A stretch of 64,000 nucleotides of DNA. Source: Patescibacteria group bacterium. GTDB taxonomy: Bacteria > Patescibacteriota > Microgenomatia > Levybacterales > UBA12049. The DNA lies in contig JBBTVD010000006.1 of assembly GCA_038063415.1 (NCBI GenBank), positions 73,948 to 137,947 of the forward strand, given 5' to 3'. Made by a program: the position numbers and the translations under genes. The notes under the pieces were generated by a model, which saw only the letters and a program-made list of their open reading frames with translations, was not told the origin of the DNA and did not search any database. Of the stretch, positions 20,696-30,426 are shown in pieces (the stretch's first letter is position 1; each line of letters begins with the position of its first letter).

Positions 20696-21580
20696 ATGAA
20701 AAAAATAACAGTATCTATTATTATTTTAAATTGGAATGGGATAGAAAATACTAAAAAATGTCTTGATTCTTTGCTTATCATTCATGATGTAGCATATGAA
20801 GTAATCGTAATTGATAATGGATCGCGTGTTGATGAAGCAGCAGAACTCAAAAAAATATATACTACAAAAATAACTGTCTATCGACAAACAGAAAATACAG
20901 GATTTACTGGTGGATGTAATTTGGGAATTACACAAGCAAAAAAAAATAACCCGGATTTCTACTTGCTCCTTAACAACGATACGCAAGTAACGCCACCGTT
21001 TCTAAAAGAACTCATACAAACTGCTCGCTCTAATAAAAAAATTGGTATAGTTAGTCCGGTAATTTATGATAGCAAAAGGGAAAATATTCTTTTTTCTGGA
21101 GGTTCGATTAACTGGTTCTTGGGTAAAACCTTTCATAAAAAAGAGTATCTTATAAAGGTAAAAGCGAATGAATTTATTACTGGATGTTGTTTCTTAATAA
21201 AAAAACAAGTAATCGAATCAATTGGTCTCTTGGATAAACAATTTTTTGCCTATTTCGAAGACGCAGCGTATTGTATTTCTGCACGAAAGGCGGGGTATTA
21301 CTGCGTATGTGCGCCAAGAGCCATCATCTTTCATCAACAGACGGCTTCTTCTGATAAACGAGGTCCATTTAACACCTATCTTATGGCACGCAATAGAATT
21401 CTATTTGTGAATAACTATGCTCCAAAGGTTATCAAATATTATTTCTTCTTTTTTAATGCTCTTAAACTTATCATAGCATTTAGTTTTTTTCTTATCACTC
21501 GACAACAGGAACGTGCATATGCCTATTACAAAGGATATCTTGATGGCACACTAGGAAGAGGAGGTGTACCACGCATATGA
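20696..21580 (+). CDS. Glycosyltransferase family 2 (WbbL/rhamnosyltransferase-like)
   Basis: ILNWN, IDNGS, NTGFTGGCN, LLNNDT, TGCC, YFED. Confidence 0.9.
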   Translation: MKKITVSIIILNWNGIENTKKCLDSLLIIHDVAYEVIVIDNGSRVDEAAELKKIYTTKITVYRQTENTGFTGGCNLGITQAKKNNPDFYLLLNNDTQVTPPFLKELIQTARSNKKIGIVSPVIYDSKRENILFSGGSINWFLGKTFHKKEYLIKVKANEFITGCCFLIKKQVIESIGLLDKQFFAYFEDAAYCISARKAGYYCVCAPRAIIFHQQTASSDKRGPFNTYLMARNRILFVNNYAPKVIKYYFFFFNALKLIIAFSFFLITRQQERAYAYYKGYLDGTLGRGGVPRI

Positions 21581-22986
21581 GAACGACATTGAAAAAAGGT
21601 ACCATGTATCTTACTGTGGCTTCAGGAATCTTTATCTTTGTAGGCTATCTTACCAATATTTTGCTCGGAAGATTTTTGGGGCCGGTTGACTATGGAAACT
21701 ACGGCGTTATTGTTTCTTTGATCAGTTTAGTTAATATTATTCAGACGTCAGGTCTCACACAATCTGTTGCAAAATATATTGCACAAGATGAACAATTAGC
21801 AGATGAGATACTAAAGAGCGCCTTTACGTTACAACTTGTAGTCACAGGAGTAATTACAATTCTTTTTTTCCTTTTAGCACCAATGCTTGCAGCACTTCTC
21901 AATGATGAATCACTTACTCCTTATTTACAACTCGCATCAGCTAGTTTTCCAGTTTATGGCATGTATGCCCTTTATGTAGATTATGCAAATGGAAGACATT
22001 TTTTTAAAAAACAAGCATTACTCAACAGTCTTTATTCGGTAACCAAAGCTATTGGAGTTGTGAGTTTAGGATACTTGTTTCATCTCAAAGGAGTCTTGTG
22101 GGGATTTATTATAGCTCCGTTTTTTTCCTTATTGATTGGATTTTATTACCCGCGAAAAACGCGATTTCATTTCCCTTATAAAAAACTCATTCTTTTTTCA
22201 TTACCGCTTATTGGCTATACACTTTTTTCAACTCTTCTACAGTCAATAGATCTTTATTTTGTAAAATCATTACTTTCTCCAGAGGCATCAGGGTTCTATA
22301 CAGCAAGCCAAAGCGTTGCGCGCATTCTTTACTTTGGAACAATCGCTTTTTCGTCGGTACTACTTCCCAGCATCTCACATAGTGTCCAGCAAAAATTATA
22401 TACAAAAACAAGAGAAACAATAGCACTGGCACTACGAATTATTCTACTTATTATTGCACCAATAACCGCACTCATTGCAGCAACAAGCAAAGACGTATTA
22501 CTCATTCTTTATTCGGCAGCATATATTCCAGCAAGCAGCGCCCTCAGTCTTCTGATCGTGAGTTTTGTTTTTTTCACCTTATTTACGTTACTCTCAACGA
22601 TTCTTATTGCTGCCGGAAAACCAAAAATTCCTTTCGTTTTGGCGGGGTTGGGTCTGTGTGCAAATGCTCTCTTGTGCTTTTTACTCATTCCTCAATTCTT
22701 TTTATCAGGGGCAGCAATAGCAAGCTTATTGAGTAACGCTTTTGTTATGATCCTTGCCGCAATAGCTCTTTACCATCAATGTAATTACTTATTTCCCCAA
22801 AATCGTTTATACAAAATAATCGGTACTTCCTTGTTGCTTTTTATACTTGCAAAAATGATAACCGTAGAGCTATTTTTACTGCCTTTTTTGTACTTATCCT
22901 TTTTATCCCTCTATGTAATCATTTTGATAGTACTCAAAGAAATAACTGATGAAGATTTTTCTTATCTTACGAGGATAAAAGTATGA
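21577..22986 (+). CDS. Wzx-like polysaccharide flippase
   Basis: About 12-14 TM segments; RFLGPVDYG, SGFY, GAAIA. Confidence 0.88.
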   Translation: MRTTLKKGTMYLTVASGIFIFVGYLTNILLGRFLGPVDYGNYGVIVSLISLVNIIQTSGLTQSVAKYIAQDEQLADEILKSAFTLQLVVTGVITILFFLLAPMLAALLNDESLTPYLQLASASFPVYGMYALYVDYANGRHFFKKQALLNSLYSVTKAIGVVSLGYLFHLKGVLWGFIIAPFFSLLIGFYYPRKTRFHFPYKKLILFSLPLIGYTLFSTLLQSIDLYFVKSLLSPEASGFYTASQSVARILYFGTIAFSSVLLPSISHSVQQKLYTKTRETIALALRIILLIIAPITALIAATSKDVLLILYSAAYIPASSALSLLIVSFVFFTLFTLLSTILIAAGKPKIPFVLAGLGLCANALLCFLLIPQFFLSGAAIASLLSNAFVMILAAIALYHQCNYLFPQNRLYKIIGTSLLLFILAKMITVELFLLPFLYLSFLSLYVIILIVLKEITDEDFSYLTRIKV

Positions 22987-24458
22987 TACAGCAAAGTGAA
23001 AATCATAACCCAATTATGAAATTACGTCTTGTCGGACAATTTCTAGGACTTATTTGTTTAACAGGTTTTCTTGCCTACATTGTCTTACAAAACCTTTCAC
23101 CTTTTGGTGCCACAATTCATTATAGTTCTGCAGTAAACAAAGATAAATCGTTACTTGTACCTGGCCCCAGAGAGAGAGTAAGCATGGAAAAGACGGATCA
23201 AGGTGTTATCTTTAAGCAAACACATGATTTGATCTACTTTACAACCAAGATGCCCTTACGGTTTGATGAGGCAACTGTCAGCTTAACTTACCAAAACACT
23301 CATCCTGAACAAATTGTTTTTGTGGGATTTCAAGATCAACCGACGTGGCATTATGAAAAAAAATTATTTGATGTCCCATTTCTCAATAATCTTAATTGGG
23401 AAACCATGGGTAAAAACCCAACCTTATATCAAAGAGAAAAGGAGTTCTCCTCTATTGAAGATTTTCTGGCTTATCCGCCAAGGCAAGCACTTATTGGAAC
23501 TTACGAGTATGATATCGATATTGGGACTACACAAAAAACAAAATTACTTAATTATCAGACACAAGCAACTGACACAAAAATTGATGTGCCGCTGCGTGGG
23601 AAGCATATCTTATATGCGTATCTAGAAAACGAACCGTTCACAATATCGATAAAAAAACAGGATCTAAATTGGTACGAGGATCCAGATCCCATGACAATTA
23701 TTATTTATAAAGATGGTCAAGTAGTGTATAAAACAATCATTGAGGATGATGGGATAACCGATGCTTCAAAAAAAATCCAGAGCCCACAACAAACAACAAT
23801 CACCCATCCTGGTCCTGGTCTGCCTGAGAATGGTGTCTATAAAATTGTTCTCGACGCAAATAATGATACAATCATTAACCATATTACAACAAATCTCCAT
23901 AAACTTGTTTTTGCAGGATCAATTTTCCCGGCAGCAAATCATGATGTTTACCCAGAAGTTTTCCCACAAACAACAGGAACAACGCTCTATACCAATGCAC
24001 TCATGCTCTCGGCCACAACGTATCATAATGCCAGTATGCAAGATGTCTTTGTCGGCAACAAACGTATCCGTCTTAATACAAAAGATGATGAACAAATGAT
24101 TACTCCTGATGCAGATTTTACTCAGGTAAAAACAACAAAAAATGATGTTATTCTCAATACTTTTGAAGGCTACAGTGCTTTTTCTCCACGACAATTCTTT
24201 ATCCCAATGAATTATCATGTTTTCCCTATCACCAAAAAATCGGACACCTCCTTATCTGATTTTATTTTGACTGATTACAAACCAGGGGAGAACAGGAACG
24301 GTTGGCGTACAAGTAAACGAACATTTGATCTTAGCAATGCATATGTTAAAAATGGTCAACTGACATGGGTCATTATGGCACCAAAATTACAAGAGCATAA
24401 GAGTGAAATACAAATTGGCAATATACAAGTAACGCTTGATAAAAAACCTTGGTTTTAA
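22983..24458 (+). CDS. Hypothetical membrane-anchored extracytoplasmic protein
   Basis: 491-aa ORF with a single N-terminal TM; ATGA overlap with the flippase gene. Confidence 0.75.
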   Translation: MIQQSENHNPIMKLRLVGQFLGLICLTGFLAYIVLQNLSPFGATIHYSSAVNKDKSLLVPGPRERVSMEKTDQGVIFKQTHDLIYFTTKMPLRFDEATVSLTYQNTHPEQIVFVGFQDQPTWHYEKKLFDVPFLNNLNWETMGKNPTLYQREKEFSSIEDFLAYPPRQALIGTYEYDIDIGTTQKTKLLNYQTQATDTKIDVPLRGKHILYAYLENEPFTISIKKQDLNWYEDPDPMTIIIYKDGQVVYKTIIEDDGITDASKKIQSPQQTTITHPGPGLPENGVYKIVLDANNDTIINHITTNLHKLVFAGSIFPAANHDVYPEVFPQTTGTTLYTNALMLSATTYHNASMQDVFVGNKRIRLNTKDDEQMITPDADFTQVKTTKNDVILNTFEGYSAFSPRQFFIPMNYHVFPITKKSDTSLSDFILTDYKPGENRNGWRTSKRTFDLSNAYVKNGQLTWVIMAPKLQEHKSEIQIGNIQVTLDKKPWF

Positions 24459-24462
24459 CACT

Positions 24463-24741
24463 ATGGAAATACTTATACTTATTTATATTCTTTACCTCTT
24501 TTTGCCGGGGTTTATATTGTCTTTGATTTTGTTTGAGAAGAATACACTTGACCCCTTTGAACGAATTATCTTTTCCTATGCTTTCTCGTTGACGATTCTC
24601 CCCTGTATTGCTTTTTATGCCAATCTTCTTGGTATACCGATTACTGCAAAAAGCGTCTCTTTACAAGTACTGATTATAACGTTGGTATTTATCTCCATCT
24701 TTATCATACAGAAAGGAGGAAAAACCCATGAAAAAACATAA
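24463..24741 (+). CDS. Small membrane protein (DUF1616 N-terminus-like)
   Basis: FLPG...ERIIFS motif, 3 TM segments; ATG 4 nt after the upstream stop. Confidence 0.6.
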   Translation: MEILILIYILYLFLPGFILSLILFEKNTLDPFERIIFSYAFSLTILPCIAFYANLLGIPITAKSVSLQVLIITLVFISIFIIQKGGKTHEKT

Positions 24742-25096
24742 GTTATCATTGCATATTATTAGTCGAGAAGTCTTTCTCTATTCGCTTCTCACGTATCTTA
24801 TTCTCCTTATTGCTGAAACACTTAAAAAGGACATTGTTAATTTTTTCTTTAATCTGAATATTCTTCTTGTTATTGTTTTGCTCGGTGGCTTTCTTAGTGT
24901 TTGTACGCATCATGAATTTGTTGATTCTGAAAAAAAATCAGGCATTCTTCTAAAAATAACCAGTATTTTTATCGTTCTATTTTGTGGATTCTTTGTCTTT
25001 CTTATGACACAACAGTTAGGAGAAGTAGGGTTAATTATTACTGGGATCATGGTTCTTATCGTTGTAGTGCTGAGTATATTGGTAAACTTAGAATAA
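24728..25096 (+). CDS. Hypothetical 4-TM membrane protein
   Basis: Hydrophobic 122-aa ORF with SD AAAGGAGG upstream. Confidence 0.7.
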   Translation: MKKHKLSLHIISREVFLYSLLTYLILLIAETLKKDIVNFFFNLNILLVIVLLGGFLSVCTHHEFVDSEKKSGILLKITSIFIVLFCGFFVFLMTQQLGEVGLIITGIMVLIVVVLSILVNLE

Positions 25097-25152
25097 TGGA
25101 AAGAAAACACTAAGTTTAAGGAGTTTCTGTTCAAGACTTTTTCTCTACGACA

Positions 25153-25176
25153 ATCCGGGAGCACTTGCTCCCGGAT
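25153..25176. terminator. Perfect hairpin between convergent genes, likely a terminator
   Basis: ATCCGGGAGCA-CT-TGCTCCCGGAT, 11-bp arms; no strong U-tract. Confidence 0.5.
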
Positions 25177-25212
25177 ATGCCTTACACGCTTCTCTTCAAT
25201 TATGATTATCCA

Positions 25213-25488
25213 TTAATCAAAGAGATCAGAGATTGTGTTATAAACACCAATGCTTATCTGAGCACCTCCATCTGCAATAGCGGTTATCCACGTACCAATA
25301 CTAATATTGGTATTATTCCTTACGGAAAGTCCCGGTGGGCCAGCGTGTACATGATTTGGATCACCAGATCCCCAACCAGGCCTAGCTGATTGCGTCGGCG
25401 CAGGTGCCGCGTAGGCAGATTGCACAGACAGAGATACTGCTGCAAATACGGCCATTACGACAAAAAAATGCATAATTGTTTTTTTCAT
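25213..25488 (-). CDS. Small secreted protein with a PGWGxGDxNHxHxGPPG motif
   Basis: Signal peptide MKKTIM...AYA; strong SD AAAGGGGGTGA 8 nt before ATG 25488. Confidence 0.8.
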   Translation of the reverse strand: MKKTIMHFFVVMAVFAAVSLSVQSAYAAPAPTQSARPGWGSGDPNHVHAGPPGLSVRNNTNISIGTWITAIADGGAQISIGVYNTISDLFD

Positions 25489-25882
25489 TATATTCTCACC
25501 CCCTTTCTCAAAGAATTTCATATACTAATTGATTTTTTAATGTGAAAGCATTTTCCTTGCCACAAAAAACATTAAAGGTTAGAAGAAACTGAGGTGTATA
25601 GAAGGGAAAATGTAGGCATTTCCGGCAAGGAAACGATGTCTTCTATATATATCATTATATTGAAAACGAGTCAAGAGATACAAAAGGGATCAAAGTCTCT
25701 CAATACCTTTATGATCCACAGTTGTCACTTTTCTCTTCAGTCTGTTGAATATGTTCTTTGGTCACCATCTTTTTAAGATATATATCAGGATTTTTATTCT
25801 CTCATTGATATAACATGAGATATCGCGTTACCACAAGGCATGGTATGCATATACGCTACAGCAGAAAGAGAGGACTCAATAG

Positions 25883-26098
25883 TTACGTAACCATATCAGC
25901 AGCATACTCCAATGCAATAATACTTTCCTGAATCTTTTTGGGAGAAATTTTTTTTGGGTCAAAAGTAACCTCAGTAATTTGCTTCGCAAAATTAGTTTTG
26001 GATTCACCTATTCCTTCCAGATCTTCAAGAGTTCCGTCAATATTGAATGCGCAACTACTACAATCAAGTCCACCAATTTTAAACTGCATTTTTTGCAT
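25883..26098 (-). CDS. copZ: CopZ-like heavy-metal-associated chaperone
   Basis: 71 aa; GLDCSSC metal motif; last gene of the copper operon. Confidence 0.88.
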   Translation of the reverse strand: MQKMQFKIGGLDCSSCAFNIDGTLEDLEGIGESKTNFAKQITEVTFDPKKISPKKIQESIIALEYAADMVT

Positions 26099-26099
26099 A

Positions 26100-27134
26100 C
26101 TAGATTACTTTTATCGTTCCCCGATACATCCCCATACTGCACATAAAAGCAATTTCACTCCCCGGTTTATCAGGAGCTGTAAAGGTTATGGTATCCGAAT
26201 TACCTTGAGGGACAATCTTTTGTATGTCATATTCGGGCAGAGTAAATGCTTGTGCACATCCCCCCGCTCCCTCATTGACTAAATGAAGCGTAACCGTTGA
26301 TCCTGCTTTCACAGACAAATTTTTGGGTGAATAACCATCATCAGTAATCGTAATCGTTGCACTCTGGACAACTGCAACATCCGATGTATCACAAAATACG
26401 AATAGACAAAAAGTATTCCGTATCGTATTTCCCAAAGTAAACGTATTCCCCGTAAGAGCAATACTATTGTCGAATGTAAAAACGGCAAGTAAAATCAACA
26501 CTCCGGCTGCAATTTTTGTAAATCGCTCTTTAAAAAGATCACCTAATTTAGTCGCAAAATAACCAAGAAGAAAGAATACGGGAGAAGTTCCAAGGACAAA
26601 CGCAAAGAGAATTGCCGCCCCGGATAATGGATTACCTGAAGAAATAGCAAGCGCCATCATGGCTTGCGTCGTCCCACATGGGATAAAAATAGTCAATGCA
26701 CCAAGAAGTGCAGGTGCAAAGATTGCTTGGCTTTTTGACTCTTTACGAATATACCGAGTAATAAATCGTGGCGGTTGGATAACGAAATAACGGAAAATAG
26801 GATGCACATGTAACATCTGAAGAGCCGTCCCGAGCATAAAAAGCGCAACCAAAATCTGCATAATAATTGTCATGGTGATTGATACCTGAAAGAGAGACCC
26901 AAGCCAACCAAGAAGCATACCAAGGAACGTATATGCTAGTAACTTTGATAGAAGAAACCAAGCTATTGGAGCAGCATGACCAGCAGTCGTTTTTTGTTGT
27001 AAGGTGTCCTGAGTCTTCTGTGCAATAGTCGTTGCTAAGAGCCCCCCCTGCACCGCTAAGCAACTGAGACCCCCAACAAACAGTCCTGTTAAAAAGACTG
27101 TCCAGATATTCATATTGTTGGTAAATTCAAACAT
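26100..27134 (-). CDS. DsbD_2/TauE-SafE-like membrane domain fused to a C-terminal cupredoxin domain
   Basis: GGLSCLAVQGG and FIPCG in the TM part; GC...FMCSMGM at the C-terminus. Confidence 0.8.
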   Translation of the reverse strand: MFEFTNNMNIWTVFLTGLFVGGLSCLAVQGGLLATTIAQKTQDTLQQKTTAGHAAPIAWFLLSKLLAYTFLGMLLGWLGSLFQVSITMTIIMQILVALFMLGTALQMLHVHPIFRYFVIQPPRFITRYIRKESKSQAIFAPALLGALTIFIPCGTTQAMMALAISSGNPLSGAAILFAFVLGTSPVFFLLGYFATKLGDLFKERFTKIAAGVLILLAVFTFDNSIALTGNTFTLGNTIRNTFCLFVFCDTSDVAVVQSATITITDDGYSPKNLSVKAGSTVTLHLVNEGAGGCAQAFTLPEYDIQKIVPQGNSDTITFTAPDKPGSEIAFMCSMGMYRGTIKVI

Positions 27135-27148
27135 ACGACGATATAAAA

Positions 27149-29530
27149 TTATACCTTGTATCTCTTCAATAATAAAGAATTAGTTACGACAGAAATAGAA
27201 CTGCTTGCCATAGCAATTGATGCAAAAATCGGATTCAACAAAATGCCAAAAAATGGATACAGCAGCCCCATCGCTACTGGAATTAAAATGATATTGTACC
27301 CAAAAGCCCAGAATAAATTGAGTCGTATCGTCCGCATTGTTTTTTTAGAAAGGGTGATTGCTTTGGCGACACTACGTAAGTCTTTATTGATAAGCGTTAT
27401 AGCAGCAGCTTCAATAGCAACATCAGTCCCTTTCCCCATGGCAATACCAATATCAGCTACGGCAAGTGCTGGCGCGTCATTGATGCCATCACCAACAAAA
27501 GCCACCAGCCCCTTGTCATTCCCGCGCAGGCGGGAATCTACTGTCATTAATTTTTTAACGATTTTCTCCTTTTCTTGTGGCAATACATCTGCATAGACCT
27601 GTGTAATCCCAACCTGTTTTGCAATTGCATCTGCCGTACGTTTATTGTCGCCTGTAACCATCGAGACCGCTATGCCCATCTGTTGTAATGCAGCAACACC
27701 AGCTTTTGCTGACTCTTTAACCGTATCAGCAACAGCAATCACACCGAGGATTCCTGGATCCCCACCTCCGCGGGAATGAAGAGAGGAGGCGAGCATCATG
27801 ACTGTCTTTCCTTCCGATTCGAGTCTCTGAATTTGTTGATCAACTGTCATTCTGGCTCGTCCAGAATCAGATCCTGGATGCGCTTCTCCTCCAGCTGGCG
27901 GAGCGTTTACCAGGATGACGTCAAGTGATATTTTCTCCATCTCCATCAATCGTCTATTCCCCAACAGTACTCGTTGTTTCTGAATTATTCCTGAGACACC
28001 CTTTCCTGCAATAGCTTCAAACCCCTCGACTTTTTCCAGAGAGATTTTCTCCTCCTCAGCTTTCTTCACAATCGCATCTGCCAATGCATGTTCTGACCCT
28101 TTTTCAAGAGATGCAGCAAGCCGTAGCATGTCATCCTGAACTTGTTTCAGGATCTTTTCTTTATGGATTCCCGCCTCCGCGGGAATGACAAAAGGGATAA
28201 TATCCGTCACCTCAGGCTTTCCATTCGTGAGAGTTCCCGTCTTATCAAAAACAACTGTTGTAATGTTATTTGCCAATTCCAGACTTTGCGCATCTTTGAT
28301 AAGAATCCCAAGCTCTGCACCTTTGCCAGTACCGACCATAATAGCTGTCGGTGTCGCAAGGCCCATCGCGCAAGGACAAGCAATGATAAGGACAGCAACC
28401 GTATTGAGCATGGCATAGAGGAAAGCAGGCTGCGGACCAAAAAGATACCAGATACCAAAGGTAGCAAATGCAAGCATAACCACGATGGGAACAAAATAAG
28501 AAGAAACGGTATCTGCCAGACGTTGAATTGGAGCCTTACTCCCCTGAGCCTCCTGAACAAGTTTAATAATTTGAGAAAGCACTGTCTCTGATCCTACTTT
28601 GGTTGCTGTATAGAGAAATGTTCCGTGTTTATTAAACGTCGCTCCGACAATCACATCACCTTTTTGTTTCTCAACAGGAATACTTTCTCCCGTAATCATT
28701 GATTCGTCAATCGAAGAGGTTCCTTCAAGAATCTCTCCATCAACGGGAATCTTCTCTCCTGGACGAACACGGAGTACATCCCCAACCTGTACCTGTTCAA
28801 TAGGGATATCAATCTCCTTACCATCTCGAAGTACCCTTGCTGTCTTTGCCTGTAATCCAATAAGCTTGGTAATCGCTTGAGAAGTTCCTGCTTTTGCCTT
28901 TGCCTCAATATATCTCCCAAGTAAAATAAGACCGATCACAATCGTCGCCACATCAAAATAGGGCATAATCTCAACACCTAATCCCATAAAAATCGTTGGG
29001 AAAAACGTAACAAAAGCAGAATACCCATAGGCAACGGTAGTACCCAATGCGACAAGGGTGTCCATATTGGATGTACGGTGTTTAAATGCGGAAAAAGCTG
29101 TTTGGTAAAATGCTGCTCCCGCCCAGAATTGTACGGGTGTTGCAAGAAGTAGCTGTAGCCAGAAATTTTGTAGAAATGCTGGAGCCGTCGTCATAAGTCC
29201 AGGGAAGCTCCCCCAAAGAATGAGACCCCCCAACACCAAACTCACAATAACTTTCGTTCGCAGCATGGCTAGTTCATTTTGCTTTTCTTTTGCTTGCATA
29301 TCCTCACTTTTTTCGGCAATCTCCATTGTATAGCCTGTTTTGGCAATGGCATCCGCAAGCTGTTCTGGAGTACAGGTATCGGTATTATACGTAATGGTTG
29401 CTTTTTCCGTCGCCAGATTAACGACCGCATCAGTTACACCTGGTGTCTTTTTCAATGCACGCTCAGTCACACGAATACACGAGGCACAATGCAGACCTTT
29501 GATTGGAAATGATTTTTTAACGTTAGTCAT
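27149..29530 (-). CDS. copA: Cu(I)-translocating P1B-type ATPase carrying in-frame repeat-derived insertions
   Basis: HMA CASC, TGES, CPC, DKTGT, TGDN, GDGIND, YN and MASSS motifs. Confidence 0.96.
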   Translation of the reverse strand: MTNVKKSFPIKGLHCASCIRVTERALKKTPGVTDAVVNLATEKATITYNTDTCTPEQLADAIAKTGYTMEIAEKSEDMQAKEKQNELAMLRTKVIVSLVLGGLILWGSFPGLMTTAPAFLQNFWLQLLLATPVQFWAGAAFYQTAFSAFKHRTSNMDTLVALGTTVAYGYSAFVTFFPTIFMGLGVEIMPYFDVATIVIGLILLGRYIEAKAKAGTSQAITKLIGLQAKTARVLRDGKEIDIPIEQVQVGDVLRVRPGEKIPVDGEILEGTSSIDESMITGESIPVEKQKGDVIVGATFNKHGTFLYTATKVGSETVLSQIIKLVQEAQGSKAPIQRLADTVSSYFVPIVVMLAFATFGIWYLFGPQPAFLYAMLNTVAVLIIACPCAMGLATPTAIMVGTGKGAELGILIKDAQSLELANNITTVVFDKTGTLTNGKPEVTDIIPFVIPAEAGIHKEKILKQVQDDMLRLAASLEKGSEHALADAIVKKAEEEKISLEKVEGFEAIAGKGVSGIIQKQRVLLGNRRLMEMEKISLDVILVNAPPAGGEAHPGSDSGRARMTVDQQIQRLESEGKTVMMLASSLHSRGGGDPGILGVIAVADTVKESAKAGVAALQQMGIAVSMVTGDNKRTADAIAKQVGITQVYADVLPQEKEKIVKKLMTVDSRLRGNDKGLVAFVGDGINDAPALAVADIGIAMGKGTDVAIEAAAITLINKDLRSVAKAITLSKKTMRTIRLNLFWAFGYNIILIPVAMGLLYPFFGILLNPIFASIAMASSSISVVTNSLLLKRYKV
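27514..27540 (+). repeat. GTCAT-capped palindromic repeat (CCGC type), in frame in copA
   Basis: TGTCATTCCCGCGCAGGCGGGAATCTA; encodes DSRLRGND on the minus strand. Confidence 0.9.
27755..27780 (-). repeat. Degenerate GTCAT-type palindromic repeat (CCGC type), in frame in copA
   Basis: Minus strand TTCATTCCCGCGGAGGTGGGGATCCA; encodes HSRGGGDP. Confidence 0.8.
27845..27920. repeat. Convergent pair of GTCAT repeats (CTGG type), in frame in copA
   Basis: GTCATTCTGGCTCGTCCAGAATC followed by AGATCCTGGATGCGCT...CCAGGATGAC; same architecture as 45062-45130. Confidence 0.9.
28129..28190. repeat. Convergent pair of GTCAT repeats (CTGAA type plus CCGC type), in frame in copA
   Basis: GTCATCCTGAACTTGTTTCAGGATCT ... 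TGGATTCCCGCCTCCGCGGGAATGAC; encodes [20 protein letters not shown]. Confidence 0.9.
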
Positions 29531-29928
29531 ATTTTATTAACCTTTCTCCAACTCTTTATGAGTTCTTTCCAGTAGAAAACCCCAATAATTTCAAAGACAA
29601 TATTTGTTATAACTCCAGGATAATAGTTAAACGTTCTTATGGCATCAATCAAATGATGTAACTCGAAAATAAAGAAAATACCATACAGTGTTAATACCCT
29701 CAATGTCCATTTCCCGCCTAAGACAAGAAGAGCGACTGGTCCAATCATCAGAATCCATATTATGTGTGAAGAATAATATGTTGCTTGAGGGATTGTCTGA
29801 AACAAACTACTAAAATATAACATGATCCAATCATTATGGTAAAAACCAGAAATAATTTCTTCAAAGAAATGTAAATACACAACAATTATTGAAAAAATGA
29901 AAAGCCTTTTTAATTTTTTTGATAGCAT
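29527..29928 (-). CDS. HXXEE-domain membrane protein
   Basis: LHFFEE, ELHH, YYPG motifs, 4 TM segments. ATG 29928 is 1 nt after the upstream stop; ATGA overlap with copA. Confidence 0.75.
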   Translation of the reverse strand: MLSKKLKRLFIFSIIVVYLHFFEEIISGFYHNDWIMLYFSSLFQTIPQATYYSSHIIWILMIGPVALLVLGGKWTLRVLTLYGIFFIFELHHLIDAIRTFNYYPGVITNIVFEIIGVFYWKELIKSWRKVNKI

Positions 29929-29929
29929 A

Positions 29930-30295
29930 TTATTGAACAATTATCTTTCCATGAAACATATTCATGCCACAGGAAATTTCGTATGTACCCTCTTTTTCAG
30001 GCGTAACAGAGATTGCTATTGTCTTATGCAGAGGGAGATATTTTCGTATCTTAAAATCTGGCAGAACTACTTCTTCGAGGCACGAGCTTGGATCACGACG
30101 GATGAAGTTGAGGGTTGTCTGTTTCCCTTTTGGAATTGAAATGACATTGGGAGAATAACCTCCTTCAACGACAATATCGACACGCTTTGTTTTTACGACT
30201 ATCGCTGCTTCTTCTTTTTTCATCAAGAAGAACCAATAGGTAAAGACAATACCAGTGATACTAAATAGAGCGACGAATAATGTATCAAGTTGCAT
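29930..30295 (-). CDS. Membrane-anchored cupredoxin (CupA-like)
   Basis: N-terminal TM; GGYSP, DPSSCLEEV, SCGMNMFHG. Confidence 0.88.
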   Translation of the reverse strand: MQLDTLFVALFSITGIVFTYWFFLMKKEEAAIVVKTKRVDIVVEGGYSPNVISIPKGKQTTLNFIRRDPSSCLEEVVLPDFKIRKYLPLHKTIAISVTPEKEGTYEISCGMNMFHGKIIVQ

Positions 30296-30331
30296 AAATA
30301 AGTTATCTCCTAAAATTAATTTTTAAAACAT

Positions 30332-30409
30332 TGTCATTCCTGCGAAAGCAGGAATCCAGCTTGTTAAACTCTTTTTATTAGCTAGATCCCCGCATTCGCG
30401 AGGATGACA
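30332..30409. repeat. Intergenic convergent pair of GTCAT repeats (CCGC/CTGC type)
   Basis: TGTCATTCCTGCGAAAGCAGGAATCCA ... TAGATCCCCGCATTCGCGAGGATGACA. Confidence 0.9.
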
Positions 30410-30426
30410 AAAATACATAACAAGTG

